Source: Candidatus Hydrogenedentota bacterium (lineage in GTDB: Bacteria; Hydrogenedentota; Hydrogenedentia; Hydrogenedentales; SLHB01). From it: a stretch of 64,000 bases of DNA. Below are positions 50,063 to 61,112 of this stretch, in pieces. A program made the translations under genes and the position numbers. Each line of letters opens with the position of its first letter. The stretch's first letter is position 1. Below the pieces are notes generated by a model. That model had not been told where the DNA came from. It did not search any database and saw nothing but the letters and a program-made list of their open reading frames with translations. Location: positions 128,001 to 192,000 of the forward strand of contig CAXXTH010000018.1 of NCBI GenBank assembly GCA_963668025.2, written 5' to 3'.

Positions 50063-50869
50063 TTATTGAGTTTGGTGGGCCGATGATGTCTGGCCATCTC
50101 TCTCATAAGAGAGAATGGCGTCCACCAAAATGCCCTCGCGGCTGTCCTGGTAAAACACACGCATCGGCAAGCGGCTTTTGCGCAGCGCATGAATGCGGAT
50201 ATGCTCTTCCCCTGAATCGTCATACATATCGAAAACGGCTAAATCCGGGGATATAGTTGCCTCCATGCTCTCCAAAGGCGTGGTGAGATGCGTCGAACCG
50301 CGAAGCGCGGAAACAAGCTCGTCAAATGTGAATCCATCCACGGAACGAAAACGCTCCAGTACGGATTGCACCATTAACCGGGCATTGCGCATATCTTCAC
50401 CTGGATCAGGCGCACCAGGAATCTTGTTCACTACCGCGGACCCATCCGGCCCGATGAGCACGGACTCATCGCCAGCAAGCAGGCGCATCCCGCCATCTGG
50501 CGACATAGCCAGTTCCAAACGGACCGGATGGGCCTTCCCAGAGGAGACGACATATATCGATGCATCAAATGTTTGGATCGACGCCAGTGATTCCATGACT
50601 TGCGCCCAGGTAGGCTTGGGAGCGGGCAAGAGCACCGCCACCATGAGGAATGCGAAGCCCGCCATTGCGACCGCCATCGCGGGACGCAACAACGCCCAGA
50701 TTCGGGATGCGCGGCGTTCGGGGTAGCGTTCCTTCGCAGCGAGATGCGCCGTGAAAAACCGCAGCTCTTGCGCCATGGCCTGTCGCACTTCTTCTGGGAT
50801 TTCCTTGCTCATATTCGTGTCCAGCATGTCTTGCAGTGAATCATTTTCATTCATTGGGAATAACCTCAT
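50063..50869 (-). CDS. Putative membrane-anchored anti-sigma factor
   Basis: Single TM followed by TWAQV; directly downstream of an ECF sigma. Confidence 0.6.
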   Translation of the reverse strand: MRLFPMNENDSLQDMLDTNMSKEIPEEVRQAMAQELRFFTAHLAAKERYPERRASRIWALLRPAMAVAMAGFAFLMVAVLLPAPKPTWAQVMESLASIQTFDASIYVVSSGKAHPVRLELAMSPDGGMRLLAGDESVLIGPDGSAVVNKIPGAPDPGEDMRNARLMVQSVLERFRSVDGFTFDELVSALRGSTHLTTPLESMEATISPDLAVFDMYDDSGEEHIRIHALRKSRLPMRVFYQDSREGILVDAILSYERDGQTSSAHQTQ

Positions 50870-51383
50870 CCGTCGCGGAAGACCAGGGCCTCAACAATTC
50901 ACGCAATCGCGCGCGGCCCCGCTCCAGATGCTTGCGCACTGTGGAGCATTTGCATCCCAACACCTGTGCAATGGCCTCGAAATCCTCACCTTGAATAAGC
51001 CGCATGACAACCGCCGCTGCCTGGTTTCGCGAAAGCTGGCCAATCGCCTTCGTGATAGCGCTTCGTTTTTCGGCCAGCTCCAGCAGCACGTCCGCGCCTC
51101 GCGTATGCAACGGTTCTCCATACTGCGCCTTCGCTTCTTTCGTGCGGCGGCGCGCATTACGCCGGACCGTGTCGTACCCCGCGTTGATGCAGATACGCAA
51201 GATCAGTGCGTGCGGATTCGGATGCTTGCAAACGTGCTCGAAACGCCGCCAAATCACGCCCAGCGCCTCCTGAAAGGCCTCTTCCGCGTCATGCCGGTCC
51301 TGCGTAACCTGCCAGACCGCCCGCATCATCTTCTCTTCGATGGGAGCAATCAGCCTCTCATATTCGGATTGGGACAAACCCAA
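50847..51383 (-). CDS. ECF RNA polymerase sigma factor
   Basis: DAEEAFQEA region 2; IAQVLGCKCSTVRKHLERGRARLR region 4. Confidence 0.9.
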   Translation of the reverse strand: MGLSQSEYERLIAPIEEKMMRAVWQVTQDRHDAEEAFQEALGVIWRRFEHVCKHPNPHALILRICINAGYDTVRRNARRRTKEAKAQYGEPLHTRGADVLLELAEKRSAITKAIGQLSRNQAAAVVMRLIQGEDFEAIAQVLGCKCSTVRKHLERGRARLRELLRPWSSATDEVIPNE

Positions 51384-51823
51384 GGTCTCCTATGGTGAAG
51401 GCCTCCTGCGGCCCGTTTATATAATAGACGCTGGAAGCGAAGCATTTGTGTACAAAGAAATCCCCATAATCGGGAGCTGCACTAAAATTATTATAATCAT
51501 AATTCCTGGAAATATTTATTTATTGCTATTTATTAATATTATCTATTTCATCCAAAATACAGTATAATACACCTAAGGCTTGGCAGAAATTTCGCCGCAC
51601 AAAAAGACGTGAGAGGTGTCTCTTTACGACGGAATATCAAAACACGACAGTTGAACAACCCCATCCGACAATCCTCAAAGCTTGTTACGCCAAGGATGTC
51701 CGCGCATGCCTGTGTGGGAGCAGCATGTGCTTGCATGAATGCAACTCATTTTGGGACACATGGACTGAGACCCAAAACGCCCAATTGTCCACTGGGCAGG
51801 GTCGCAACCGGGAGGATGGTACA

Positions 51824-54800
51824 ATGCATGCCGATTCGATGGGAACACGCCAAACGAAATGGCTGGCGTGGCAACACAACTCAATTGCAGCCTGCACTGG
51901 GTTAGTATTTTTCGTGATGCTTGGACTAGCGGCGTGGAGCGGCACAGCCACGGCTGCCAGTTACCCTGGGATCATCGAGTCCTACGAGCAACTGCAGAAA
52001 AACCTGTCTGGCGTCTCGGAAGACTACATTTCCGCTGACATAAACAAACAGCTCCAGTCTATGCTTGCATCGTCTCAAGGAGCCTTCGAGAAAGGGGATT
52101 ACTGCAGCGCCATTGGTTATCTCGAAGAATTCAAACAATTGCTTCAAGAGATTCGGGGAAGAAGCAATTCGGAAGTGGTGGACCAGCTCTACAATGAAGC
52201 CAGCCGGCTGCGGTATGACATCCGGGTGCAAACGGGCGTGCAATGCGACGATAATGCCCGAACCGGCCAGCCCGCCGCCATGGACTTCGATGCGCGAGCA
52301 TCTGGCAATAGCGGCCTTCAAGGGATAGTCTATTTTAGCGAGCCCCTGCTTCAGACTATCGAAATGGAAGGCAATGTATACACCGCACTGCATATTCCCG
52401 GAACCGATTCCGCCACGGGCAATCCAGGATATCCCCACATCCCCATCTACCGGCGCTTATTCGCCGTTCCCCATGGCGCTCAAGTCTTTTTGCGCTATTC
52501 TGTTAAAAACGGCGAGTTGCTGAATACTTTGTTGTTTCCAAGCCAGTTGCTCCCTGTGGATGGATATCCTCCTGATCCGCCGGATCCCAACAATATTTTC
52601 GCCGACATGCCTTTCGAATTGAACAAAGAAGCGTATCAAAGCGATAGCCCCTATCCTGAGGCCCCTGCTCAATTGATAGATCTCGGCCAAGTCCGTGACT
52701 TAAGAGTTTTTATGCTTGAAGTAGCCACGGGACAATACAACCCGAGCGCGCAAGAGCTTCAATTATTTGACTCGGTGGAAGTGGATGCCGCATTCGAGGG
52801 CGGCGATGGCAATTTCGCCACAAAAGCATCCACCCATGGCTTCGACCCACTTTCGGAAACGATAACGGCAAGCTTAGTGAATGGAAGCTTAGTGAGCCGG
52901 TATATAGGTGAATGGGAAATAAAGCCAATTTATATGGGTGAAGAATTGCTAATCCTCACCCACCCGGATTTTCTCGCCGCCGCGAACACCCTTGCCGACT
53001 GGAAACGCACTAAAGGTTTCGTGACCTCCGTTGTCGAGGTGAATGATGGCGCGGGGCCTGGTCCGGACACCAATACAGCCATTGACGCCTTGATCGAGGA
53101 TCATTATGCAAACAATCGGATACGGCCTTCGTATGTGCTGCTCATGGGCGACACGCCGTTTATCCCTACTTTCTATTTCACCAGTGTCGCGGGAACACCC
53201 GCATGGGCGCTGGGAAGCTCGACCATCGGCTCCGATTGGCCATATTCCCTGTACCCGGATTACGAGTTCGACTATCTGCCGGATATGGCGGTCGGACGTA
53301 TTTCCGTGGACACGCTGGACGAAGCAAACACGGTTGTAGATAAAATCATCAACTATGAAAAGAATCCGCCCGACAAATATTCGTTTTATTACAACGCCGC
53401 TCTGGCGGCTCAATTCGAATGCTGCCGGGAAGGCGCGCCGCTGCCTGGAACTGCCGCGCGCACCTTCACGGAAGTGGCTGAATTCACCCGCGCGGCCATC
53501 GCAGGTTATGGCAAAACCGGTGAACGCATCTATCAGCGGACAGGCTCGCAAACGCCTGCCTACTACTTTGATGGCACACCTCTTCCAGCCGATATCGGCC
53601 CCGGCAGCGGATTCGCATGGAATGGCTCCACTGCGAATATCACTAACGCCTGGAATGACGGGCGTTTCCTCGTCATTCACCGGGATCACGGATGGTCTGG
53701 CGGCTGGTCGCATCCCCCATACGAGTCGGCTAATGTCGACGCCCTCACCAATGGCAGCCTTCTCCCTGTGCTTTTCAGCGTCAATTGCGCAAGCGGCTGG
53801 TTCGACGCGGAAACAGCCGCAGGCGGTCCTTTGGGATTCGAGTCGCTATGCGAACGTGCGCTGCGCAAAGCAGACGGCGGCGCGGTGGGCGTGCTCGGTG
53901 ATTCACGCAACAGCCCAAGCTGGCCCAACACCGCGTTGCTCAAGGGATTCATCGACGCCATATGGCCGAATGCCTTGCCCGCATATGGCGGCTCTACGCG
54001 TACACGGCGGTTGGGCGATATCCTTAACTATGGGAAATACTACATGATGACTCAAGTAGGAGTCGCTGGCTCAGGAGTAGCCTATGGCGACGCCTTCGAT
54101 GAAATCATGATGTGGCATGTCATCGGAGATCCCACACTCGAGATGTGGACCCATTACCCGTATCTCCTCACCTTGCCCAGAGAGTTCATCATCGGCCTGC
54201 TCGAAAACCAACTGCGCGTGGTGTATAAGTGTGAAGGTGCATGCATCACCGTGTTCCAAAATTCCGGTAAAGCAAGTGAAAAGACGCCGATAGCCCGTGG
54301 AGTGATCAAGGGTGGTGAGGCGTTGATGCCTTTCCTAGATGCCGCACCCGATCCGAGCGGGATATTCTACCTTGCCATTACGGATCCCATGGCCCCGCCC
54401 ATCGAACTCGCCGGTGCCGCCAGTGGTGACGCCGACGGCGATGGCATTCCGGATTCCGTGGAGGGAGTCGGCGATCCCGATGAGGATGGCATCCCGAATA
54501 TGGAAGATACCGACTCCGACGGCGACGGCATTCCAGACGCCACCGAAGGCGCTGGCGATTGGGATGGCGATAACACGCCGGATTATCTCGATATCGACAC
54601 GGATAATGACGGCATCGGCGACACCCTCGAGGGTACGGGAGATCCCGACCAAGACGGCACACCCAATTACCGGGATAACGACTCCGATGGCGACGGCAAA
54701 TGGGACCGCGGAGAAGGCGTCGGAGATATCGATAATGACCAAATCATGAATTTCCTGGATGAGGATTCGGATGGCGACGCCATACCGGATGAAGTCGATG

Positions 54801-54892
54801 AAACCACCCCTGGCGTTCCACTGGTGATTTGGCCAATTGCTGCGTGCATGCTGTTACTGGTTATAGTCTCATGGAGAAAACGCGCACACTAG
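51824..54892 (+). CDS. C25 (gingipain-like) cysteine peptidase with propeptide, Ca-binding repeats and C-terminal TM tail
   Basis: GYPHIP propeptide, YVLLMGD, DMAVGRI, catalytic HRDHG and SVNCASG, VIGDPTL; DxDGDG repeats; tail PGVPLVIWPIAACMLLLVIVSWRKR. Confidence 0.9.
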   Translation: MHADSMGTRQTKWLAWQHNSIAACTGLVFFVMLGLAAWSGTATAASYPGIIESYEQLQKNLSGVSEDYISADINKQLQSMLASSQGAFEKGDYCSAIGYLEEFKQLLQEIRGRSNSEVVDQLYNEASRLRYDIRVQTGVQCDDNARTGQPAAMDFDARASGNSGLQGIVYFSEPLLQTIEMEGNVYTALHIPGTDSATGNPGYPHIPIYRRLFAVPHGAQVFLRYSVKNGELLNTLLFPSQLLPVDGYPPDPPDPNNIFADMPFELNKEAYQSDSPYPEAPAQLIDLGQVRDLRVFMLEVATGQYNPSAQELQLFDSVEVDAAFEGGDGNFATKASTHGFDPLSETITASLVNGSLVSRYIGEWEIKPIYMGEELLILTHPDFLAAANTLADWKRTKGFVTSVVEVNDGAGPGPDTNTAIDALIEDHYANNRIRPSYVLLMGDTPFIPTFYFTSVAGTPAWALGSSTIGSDWPYSLYPDYEFDYLPDMAVGRISVDTLDEANTVVDKIINYEKNPPDKYSFYYNAALAAQFECCREGAPLPGTAARTFTEVAEFTRAAIAGYGKTGERIYQRTGSQTPAYYFDGTPLPADIGPGSGFAWNGSTANITNAWNDGRFLVIHRDHGWSGGWSHPPYESANVDALTNGSLLPVLFSVNCASGWFDAETAAGGPLGFESLCERALRKADGGAVGVLGDSRNSPSWPNTALLKGFIDAIWPNALPAYGGSTRTRRLGDILNYGKYYMMTQVGVAGSGVAYGDAFDEIMMWHVIGDPTLEMWTHYPYLLTLPREFIIGLLENQLRVVYKCEGACITVFQNSGKASEKTPIARGVIKGGEALMPFLDAAPDPSGIFYLAITDPMAPPIELAGAASGDADGDGIPDSVEGVGDPDEDGIPNMEDTDSDGDGIPDATEGAGDWDGDNTPDYLDIDTDNDGIGDTLEGTGDPDQDGTPNYRDNDSDGDGKWDRGEGVGDIDNDQIMNFLDEDSDGDAIPDEVDETTPGVPLVIWPIAACMLLLVIVSWRKRAH

Positions 54893-54920
54893 TTTGGCTT
54901 TAACGCATATGTAGGATATC

Positions 54921-54965
54921 CGTCGTGATCGTTGTGTTGAACTTCAAAACACAACGATCATGACG
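54921..54965. terminator. Long hairpin between convergent genes (probable terminator)
   Basis: cgtcgtgatcgttgtgtt / aacacaacgatcatgacg 18-bp stem. Confidence 0.6.
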
Positions 54966-55013
54966 GGTACAATAAAAACTGGATTTTGCCTCAGCAAGAC
55001 TTGCCATCTTAAA

Positions 55014-58000
55014 CTAGCCATTTGGCCAGTTCCACGTATCGCTCTTGACCGTCTCGTAGTTTTTATCGAGTTCAGGCTGCAACAAGAGCAGGGCGGCGAT
55101 GCGGCGGATCATCTCCGTCACATACTCCGCTTCCTCCATGGTCAAGCCGCGCCCTAATACCGCCTTTTCACGGTAGCTCAGCCATTTCTTGATCACTTGA
55201 TACCCGCCGATGGTGTAGTCCCACACCGCTTGCGGCACATTAGACCAATAGGCCACGTCATTCAAATAAATATCGAGCCCCGGAGTATCTCCATCATTCC
55301 GCGCCACCGCCTTCCCGCGCCCCGGCATGCATACCCCACCCTGCCCCGCATGCCCCCCATCCGGCAGTCAGGTCCAGATGGCCTTGAGCCGGATCAAGCG
55401 CGGACGCAGGACCGAAGTCCTGATATGTGTAATCAGTAGTTGGTGTGGGACCGACGCCCGGTGTGGGACCGACGCCCTCGTCGGTCATTCTGGCTTTTCC
55501 TCTTCGAGTCCTATGCTCTCCCATTCCTTTCGGAGAGACCGGCGAGGGCGCCGGTCCCACACAGAGCTCCTGATTCACACATTGTACCCGGCGAATGACG
55601 CCCAGCGCCCGCAATTCGGGCCGAATGGCGCCCTACCGTCACCCCCTCGACAGGCTTTTCGGTTATCGAGCAGCGCCGCTACGCGCTTCCCCAACGCGGC
55701 GGAATCCAGCAGCGCCTGCTTCGATGCGGGCAACGGAATCCGTGGCCAATCCTGGCGCAAAGTGAATTGATTGTTCTCGATGTACTTATGTGAAAAGAAC
55801 AGGGCTATTGTATGATTCAGTAAATCGATGGGCTTAATATTGAATTCGCTTAGGTAATGTCTAGCACTATCTGTCAGATTTGGTGATATGGGTTCATTGT
55901 TTGTTTCAAATAAGTCATCTGATTGAGCATTTTGACGTAATTGCAGTGGAAACAGGTTTGTACCTCGTTCGTATAAATGCATGGAACCTATCTTGGTGAT
56001 AATTGATGGCGGATCAAACTTACGCCGATGGTGTCTTGCAGCAGCAATAGCGATATTTCCTTCAAACACATGAGGAAAATACTCGCTTCGTTTCTCATCA
56101 AGCATTTTTGTTTCAGGTTCCCAATAGAGCCAGCGCACATCAAAAGGCCGATAGGCATATCGTATAATCTCGCCTTTCGTTTGCCCACGCCGCATCAGGT
56201 AATTACGAATGTTATATGCTGCATATCTTCCGCGTTCTTCCATAACGATAGGCCAACGCTGAGCGATTTCTTCATGAGAAATAGTTGGATTGAAGTAAGT
56301 GGCGATGCGTTGCTCCAACGCTTCGCGGTCGATATCTACCAAAAACTCGTCCCGGCTCGTATTTACTCCGGGAAACGAAACCGGGAACAACTCGGGAAGT
56401 TGCGGCCAAGATAGATACTCTTCAGCGACTTGGGCAGGTTTGAGAGGATAACCGATCTGAACATTGGGCATCAGTTTGTTGTAATTTTCGTTTATATTCT
56501 TCAAAGAAGCACTTTCGCGCAGATTCTTTCTGCGTTCTGATGCTCTGGCTGCCTCAAAATCTCTGTAATAAACTCTCGCCTGTTTCGGTACTTTGTGCGC
56601 TGAACAGGTTAATAACAGATTGATTGCTGTTCCAATTTTGATACCTGTAGCCTGTCCGCCCATCGCAAATACAGTTTCACTTGTTCGTCCATCAGGGGCA
56701 TATTCTGAAATCTTTCGGTCGCCATGTAGATTATCAATCCATATCTTGTCAAACACTTCCAGATACCGTTCCCGCATGCCTGTGTGGGAAAGACCTTCTA
56801 GCCATGAGTAATTTGAGATGAAGCAGATCACCCCTTTGCCGGATTTCTCCACAATGCGGCGCTCGGCCATGCGAAAGAAACGCACATATAAGTCGTTCAG
56901 GCCTTGCCCTTCGGGCTTGGGAGCGCGTTTTGTGGTGCGGTAAGCCGTCACTAGGTCGCGCTCTTCTTCCATTGCCATTCCCGCAAAACCGTTATATGGC
57001 GGATTGCCGAGAATAACGAGGATCGGCGCTTCCTGCTTGACCCGGTTGGCGGCGTCCCGCTCCTCCATCAATTCTGGAAACAGCGGAAGTTGATTCTTCG
57101 GTTCTTTTGGCGGCTCCCAGCCCGTCAGCGCGTTGGTGAGGTAGACACCGGCGCGCTGGTCGCTGTCATGATCGAGCGGCGCGCCCAGCAATCGGAGCAT
57201 CAACCCGAGTTGGAGATGGGAGACGACGAAGGGAGCGGGCAGGATCTCGAAACCGAAGACGCGGCTCGTGGCGGCTTTCTTGAGTTTCTGCGCGGTAAGG
57301 GCGCTGCCGCCTTTCTCTTCGAGCGTCGCATGGATGCGCCGGAGCGTCTCGACCAGATAGGCCCCCGTGCCGCAGCAGGGATCGAGTATGACGACGTGTT
57401 CATCGGCCAGGCCATCGGCGATGCCGAGTTCTTCCCGCAGCACACGGTCCACGCGTTCGACTTGGTATCGCACGATCTCGGGCGGGGTGTACCACACGCC
57501 AAGGTCTTTACGCAATTCGGGATCATAGGCCTTCAGGAATGGTTCATAGAAATACTGCACCGCGTGCTCTTCCTCGAACTTCTGGAAGAATGCGGCCCGG
57601 TCGACTCGGTTGAGCGCGGCCCCTGTCCAATCAAGGACTTCGGCTATGCCAAGGGGCTTTAGTTTCTGCGGTGTGGCGATTTGATCGAACAGGCTGGCCA
57701 CCATCGGAACGTGCAGCGTCCAGGCGGCATTACGCCAATCAAAGCGAGCGGCGGGCTGCCCTATATTGTCGCGGTGCCAAAGCACCCAGGACGAGAAAAC
57801 GCCATAAAACAAGGTTTGCACCAGCGTGGAGCGGAAGAAATGCTCGCCTTTATCGCCTTCAAACTTCATGCCCAGGGCTTCTTCAAGCCCTTTTTTGAGT
57901 CCATCGAGTGCGGGCAGATCAGCAGCGGCCTCGACACGGAAGCGGGCCTCCCGCGCATAGGAGGCAAGAAACCAGGCCAATTCTTCCGGATCGGCCAATG

Positions 58001-58541
58001 CGGCCTCGTAAAGCAAGACGCGGCGCAAGAATTCGAGCAGGCGCTCGCCTTGCTCGATAGCGGCCCTGCGCGGGTGCGCCAGCAGCGCGCGGAAGGAGGC
58101 GGCGGATTCAGCCATGCGGTAGATTTCGAGGCGGACAGGGTTCCCTATTTCATCGCGGCCAACGAGCACGAAATCACGGTAGTTGGTGACTAATACCAGG
58201 CGGTAATGCTTCCAGTATTTCGACACCTGCCCGGACTCCGCCGTGACAAAGGAGTCATCATCCCAGCCCTTGACCTCGACGACGCCCCGTTCCGGCTTCG
58301 CGCCCGCGATAGGGTGTTCATCTCTGGTGTTTTGAAACTGGCTGGCGCTGTATAGGCCGAAATCAGGAGATCCCGCGCCCGTATTGGCGAGTTGTGAAAC
58401 GGCCCGCACCCTGGGTTTCAACTTGGAGCCTACTTCGTTTAGTAAAACTTCCAAAGCGGCATAGTACGACGTTTCTACCCTGGCGCCGCCTGTGCTGTGA
58501 ATCTCGGAGAGCGTGTCTATATAATGTTCTACGGGATGCAT
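55014..58541 (-). pseudogene. Type IIG-like fused restriction-modification enzyme (N6-adenine MTase plus Type ISP-like C-terminal specificity region), frameshifted near the 3' end
   Basis: PDF..EVK nuclease motif, ILDPCCGTG, GNPPY, YAYRPFD.RW, DWPRIP. The C-terminal VWDYTIGGYQVIKKWLSYRE lies in a separate ORF (55014-55328) that joins after removing three single bases. Confidence 0.85.
55442..55562. repeat. REP-like palindrome pair inside the R-M coding region
   Basis: gtgtgggaccgacgccctcgtcggtc (55461-55486) / gaccggcgagggcgccggtcccacac (55537-55562), plus a partial tandem copy at 55442-55459. Confidence 0.75.
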
Positions 58542-58674
58542 GCTTACTCCTGTTTGCTGTTCGTAGATTCAGATAAATCATATATGAAACACACAAACAA
58601 AGCATACAGGATTTTTACAGAATTCCAAATTCACACGTTCTATAGCGAATGCTCAGATGTAATAGACGTCCACA

Positions 58675-61080
58675 TTACTCTTTCGGCGCAAGCAGCCGAA
58701 GCGGGAACCTGCACATGGCGATATCTTCTTTGGCCACGGAATAGAACACCACCACGGTATCGTCCACGACGGCCATGTAGGGGTACCCGTACCGGCCCCC
58801 TTTGAATAAACCCGATACGCGCTGTGGATGATCAGGAGCGTTCCCCACGATGAAATGGCGGTCAAACACATATCCATCCTTGCTGAGCGCGATGACCAGC
58901 GGCGTCCGAGTCCACATATTCTTGGGATCGGGCGTGCTCAAGGCAAAATAACGCCCATCCGGCAGGCGGCCAAATTGATGGCGGCTGCCATTATCGGAAA
59001 ACTGGGTCTGTTGGACTTCCGACCACGTCTCACCCTGGTCGAAACTTTTCGTTACGGCAAGGTGATCTTGATTGGTCCGCAGCATCATGTGAATGGTTCC
59101 ATCGGGCAACTGATACATCGAGCCTTCACAATATCCGAAACGCCCGGGATTGGTCTCTTTCATCAAGGCGAATCCAGCGGAATCATCCACATGCCCCGGC
59201 GGCAGCCCCGGCAATCCGCGCACCTGCCATCCGCCCAGGCCCGTGGGATCATCGGTATAGGGAAACATGCTGCCACAAGGAAAGACCAGCCTTCCCGAGA
59301 GAAGCTTCTGCGGGCTGATATTGGCGATGGCGTTCTCGAACATCACCGCAGGCTCGCTCCAGGTTTCCCCGCCATCACGCGAGAAAATGGCCATGCAGCG
59401 CGTGTTCATATGGGCGGCGTCTTTGGGTTTGCGCTGGCCATTCTCTTCCAAGCCTTCTTTGGAATATTCATATTGGCCGTAATAGGCGGCCAGCACCGCC
59501 TGGCCTGTATCAGGCTCGCGGTACGCATGCAAGCCCGTTGCTGTGCAGACGCAAGGGGCAAATTGTCCCATGGGCGGCTTGACGATGCAGCGCGGCTGGT
59601 CCCAAGTTAAGCCTGTATCCGTCGAGCGTGTAAACCATACCTCCTGCCCGATATCATCTTCATTCGCATATCCGCTTGAAAACGTGGCATAAAGCTGCCC
59701 ATCGAAAGCGAGGACATGCGAATGGTGGTGATACGAGCGGCCCTCCACCGCTTGCTGAATGATTACCTCATTCGTATGAAGATCCATTTTTTCCGTGGCA
59801 TCCCATTGATTCGTAATGGGCTGCGCCGCACGTACGTTATCCGTAGCCACTGGCTGCACCTCCACTTCCGCGCTTGCATCTCCAGATAGACAAGAGAGCG
59901 GAATAATAGACAACTCGCAGTCTTCTTTGTTCACCGAATACACGACATAGAGTTTGCCTTCGTACTCGAAAGCATTCGGATAAGACCACGAGCCGCCTTT
60001 GTATTTTCCGGGGAAACGCATAGCAGGAGCCGAGCCATACCGGATGCGGTATAAGTTTGAGAAGGCCGCCGCGCCGGGCTTGGACACGGCTATAACGATA
60101 GAATCGCGCTGCTTGGACCAGTCTTCAGCCGCCGCCGCATCGTCACTCCAATCGTAGATGAGATAATGCTGCCCCGTGCTTAGTGTGCCCGACAGTGGCT
60201 TCGATGGAGCCATGGGCAGATTGGACGGCCCGACAGAGGACCAGGTCTTTCCAAGATCGCGGCTCACGGAAACCAGCGCCACTTCCGGCGTAGGCGGGCG
60301 AATAATCGCCACAAGGTCATTTCCATTCACAAGCACCGTGGTTTCCGCATACAACACGCTCAACGGCGGCTCGACCAGCAGCTTCACCGTGTCCCATGCG
60401 CCCGCCGGGTCTTCGGCCTGGCTGATGGCCACCACCGGCTGCGAATGATCATCCACGCCGCCTTGCACCCATTTGCCGTTGGCCATTCGTTTGGGCGTTT
60501 CCAGGGGCCAAAAATCATCGATCCACTTCCCTTTCGACGCCCAATCCTTTGTTTCCGGCCGCCATACAAACAGCTCCGACGATAGCCCTACGAAACCACC
60601 CTCGATAGGCTCACCCAAACCGAAACGGCAGACAGGGGCATACAGCGCATCCTGCCAGACAAAGAATGCGCCATGGCTATGGCGCTCCTCGCCAGGAAAA
60701 CCAGGGGCAATGATCTCCACGGGTCCCCAAGTCATGCCGCCATCCATCGAGCGCCGCCCTTGGCAGGTCTCGCTCTCACTGTTTTCATCCACCAAACTAT
60801 TGGCCCAAGAGGAGAAGAACTCGCCATGAAACGCATATATGGCGGGCCCATGTAAAAAAGTGTAGCCGCCTTTTTGCGCTCGATGCACCGTGACATGGGT
60901 AATCATGCGAGGAAATGGCGCGGCATTCGCGGAAGGCGCAGGAGCAGAGCTATCCCATAATGGGTAGGCTTCCGGCGCAGTATTCCCCCCCTTTGATTCA
61001 TTTTGCGCCGCCGCACAGGCGCACGCCCCCAGAAACAACGAAAATACTGCCAGCTTGTACATGATACGTTGCCTCCCCAT
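58675..61080 (-). CDS. Secreted tandem BNR/Asp-box (sialidase-like) protein, two domains
   Basis: Asp boxes SMDGGMTW, SRDLGKTW, STDTGLTW, SRDGGETW, SFDQGETW; SYP and GYP motifs ending each half. Confidence 0.85.
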   Translation of the reverse strand: MGRQRIMYKLAVFSLFLGACACAAAQNESKGGNTAPEAYPLWDSSAPAPSANAAPFPRMITHVTVHRAQKGGYTFLHGPAIYAFHGEFFSSWANSLVDENSESETCQGRRSMDGGMTWGPVEIIAPGFPGEERHSHGAFFVWQDALYAPVCRFGLGEPIEGGFVGLSSELFVWRPETKDWASKGKWIDDFWPLETPKRMANGKWVQGGVDDHSQPVVAISQAEDPAGAWDTVKLLVEPPLSVLYAETTVLVNGNDLVAIIRPPTPEVALVSVSRDLGKTWSSVGPSNLPMAPSKPLSGTLSTGQHYLIYDWSDDAAAAEDWSKQRDSIVIAVSKPGAAAFSNLYRIRYGSAPAMRFPGKYKGGSWSYPNAFEYEGKLYVVYSVNKEDCELSIIPLSCLSGDASAEVEVQPVATDNVRAAQPITNQWDATEKMDLHTNEVIIQQAVEGRSYHHHSHVLAFDGQLYATFSSGYANEDDIGQEVWFTRSTDTGLTWDQPRCIVKPPMGQFAPCVCTATGLHAYREPDTGQAVLAAYYGQYEYSKEGLEENGQRKPKDAAHMNTRCMAIFSRDGGETWSEPAVMFENAIANISPQKLLSGRLVFPCGSMFPYTDDPTGLGGWQVRGLPGLPPGHVDDSAGFALMKETNPGRFGYCEGSMYQLPDGTIHMMLRTNQDHLAVTKSFDQGETWSEVQQTQFSDNGSRHQFGRLPDGRYFALSTPDPKNMWTRTPLVIALSKDGYVFDRHFIVGNAPDHPQRVSGLFKGGRYGYPYMAVVDDTVVVFYSVAKEDIAMCRFPLRLLAPKE

Positions 61081-61112
61081 GAAACGTTAACGCGCTCAAT
61101 AGAGCGGTCGCG

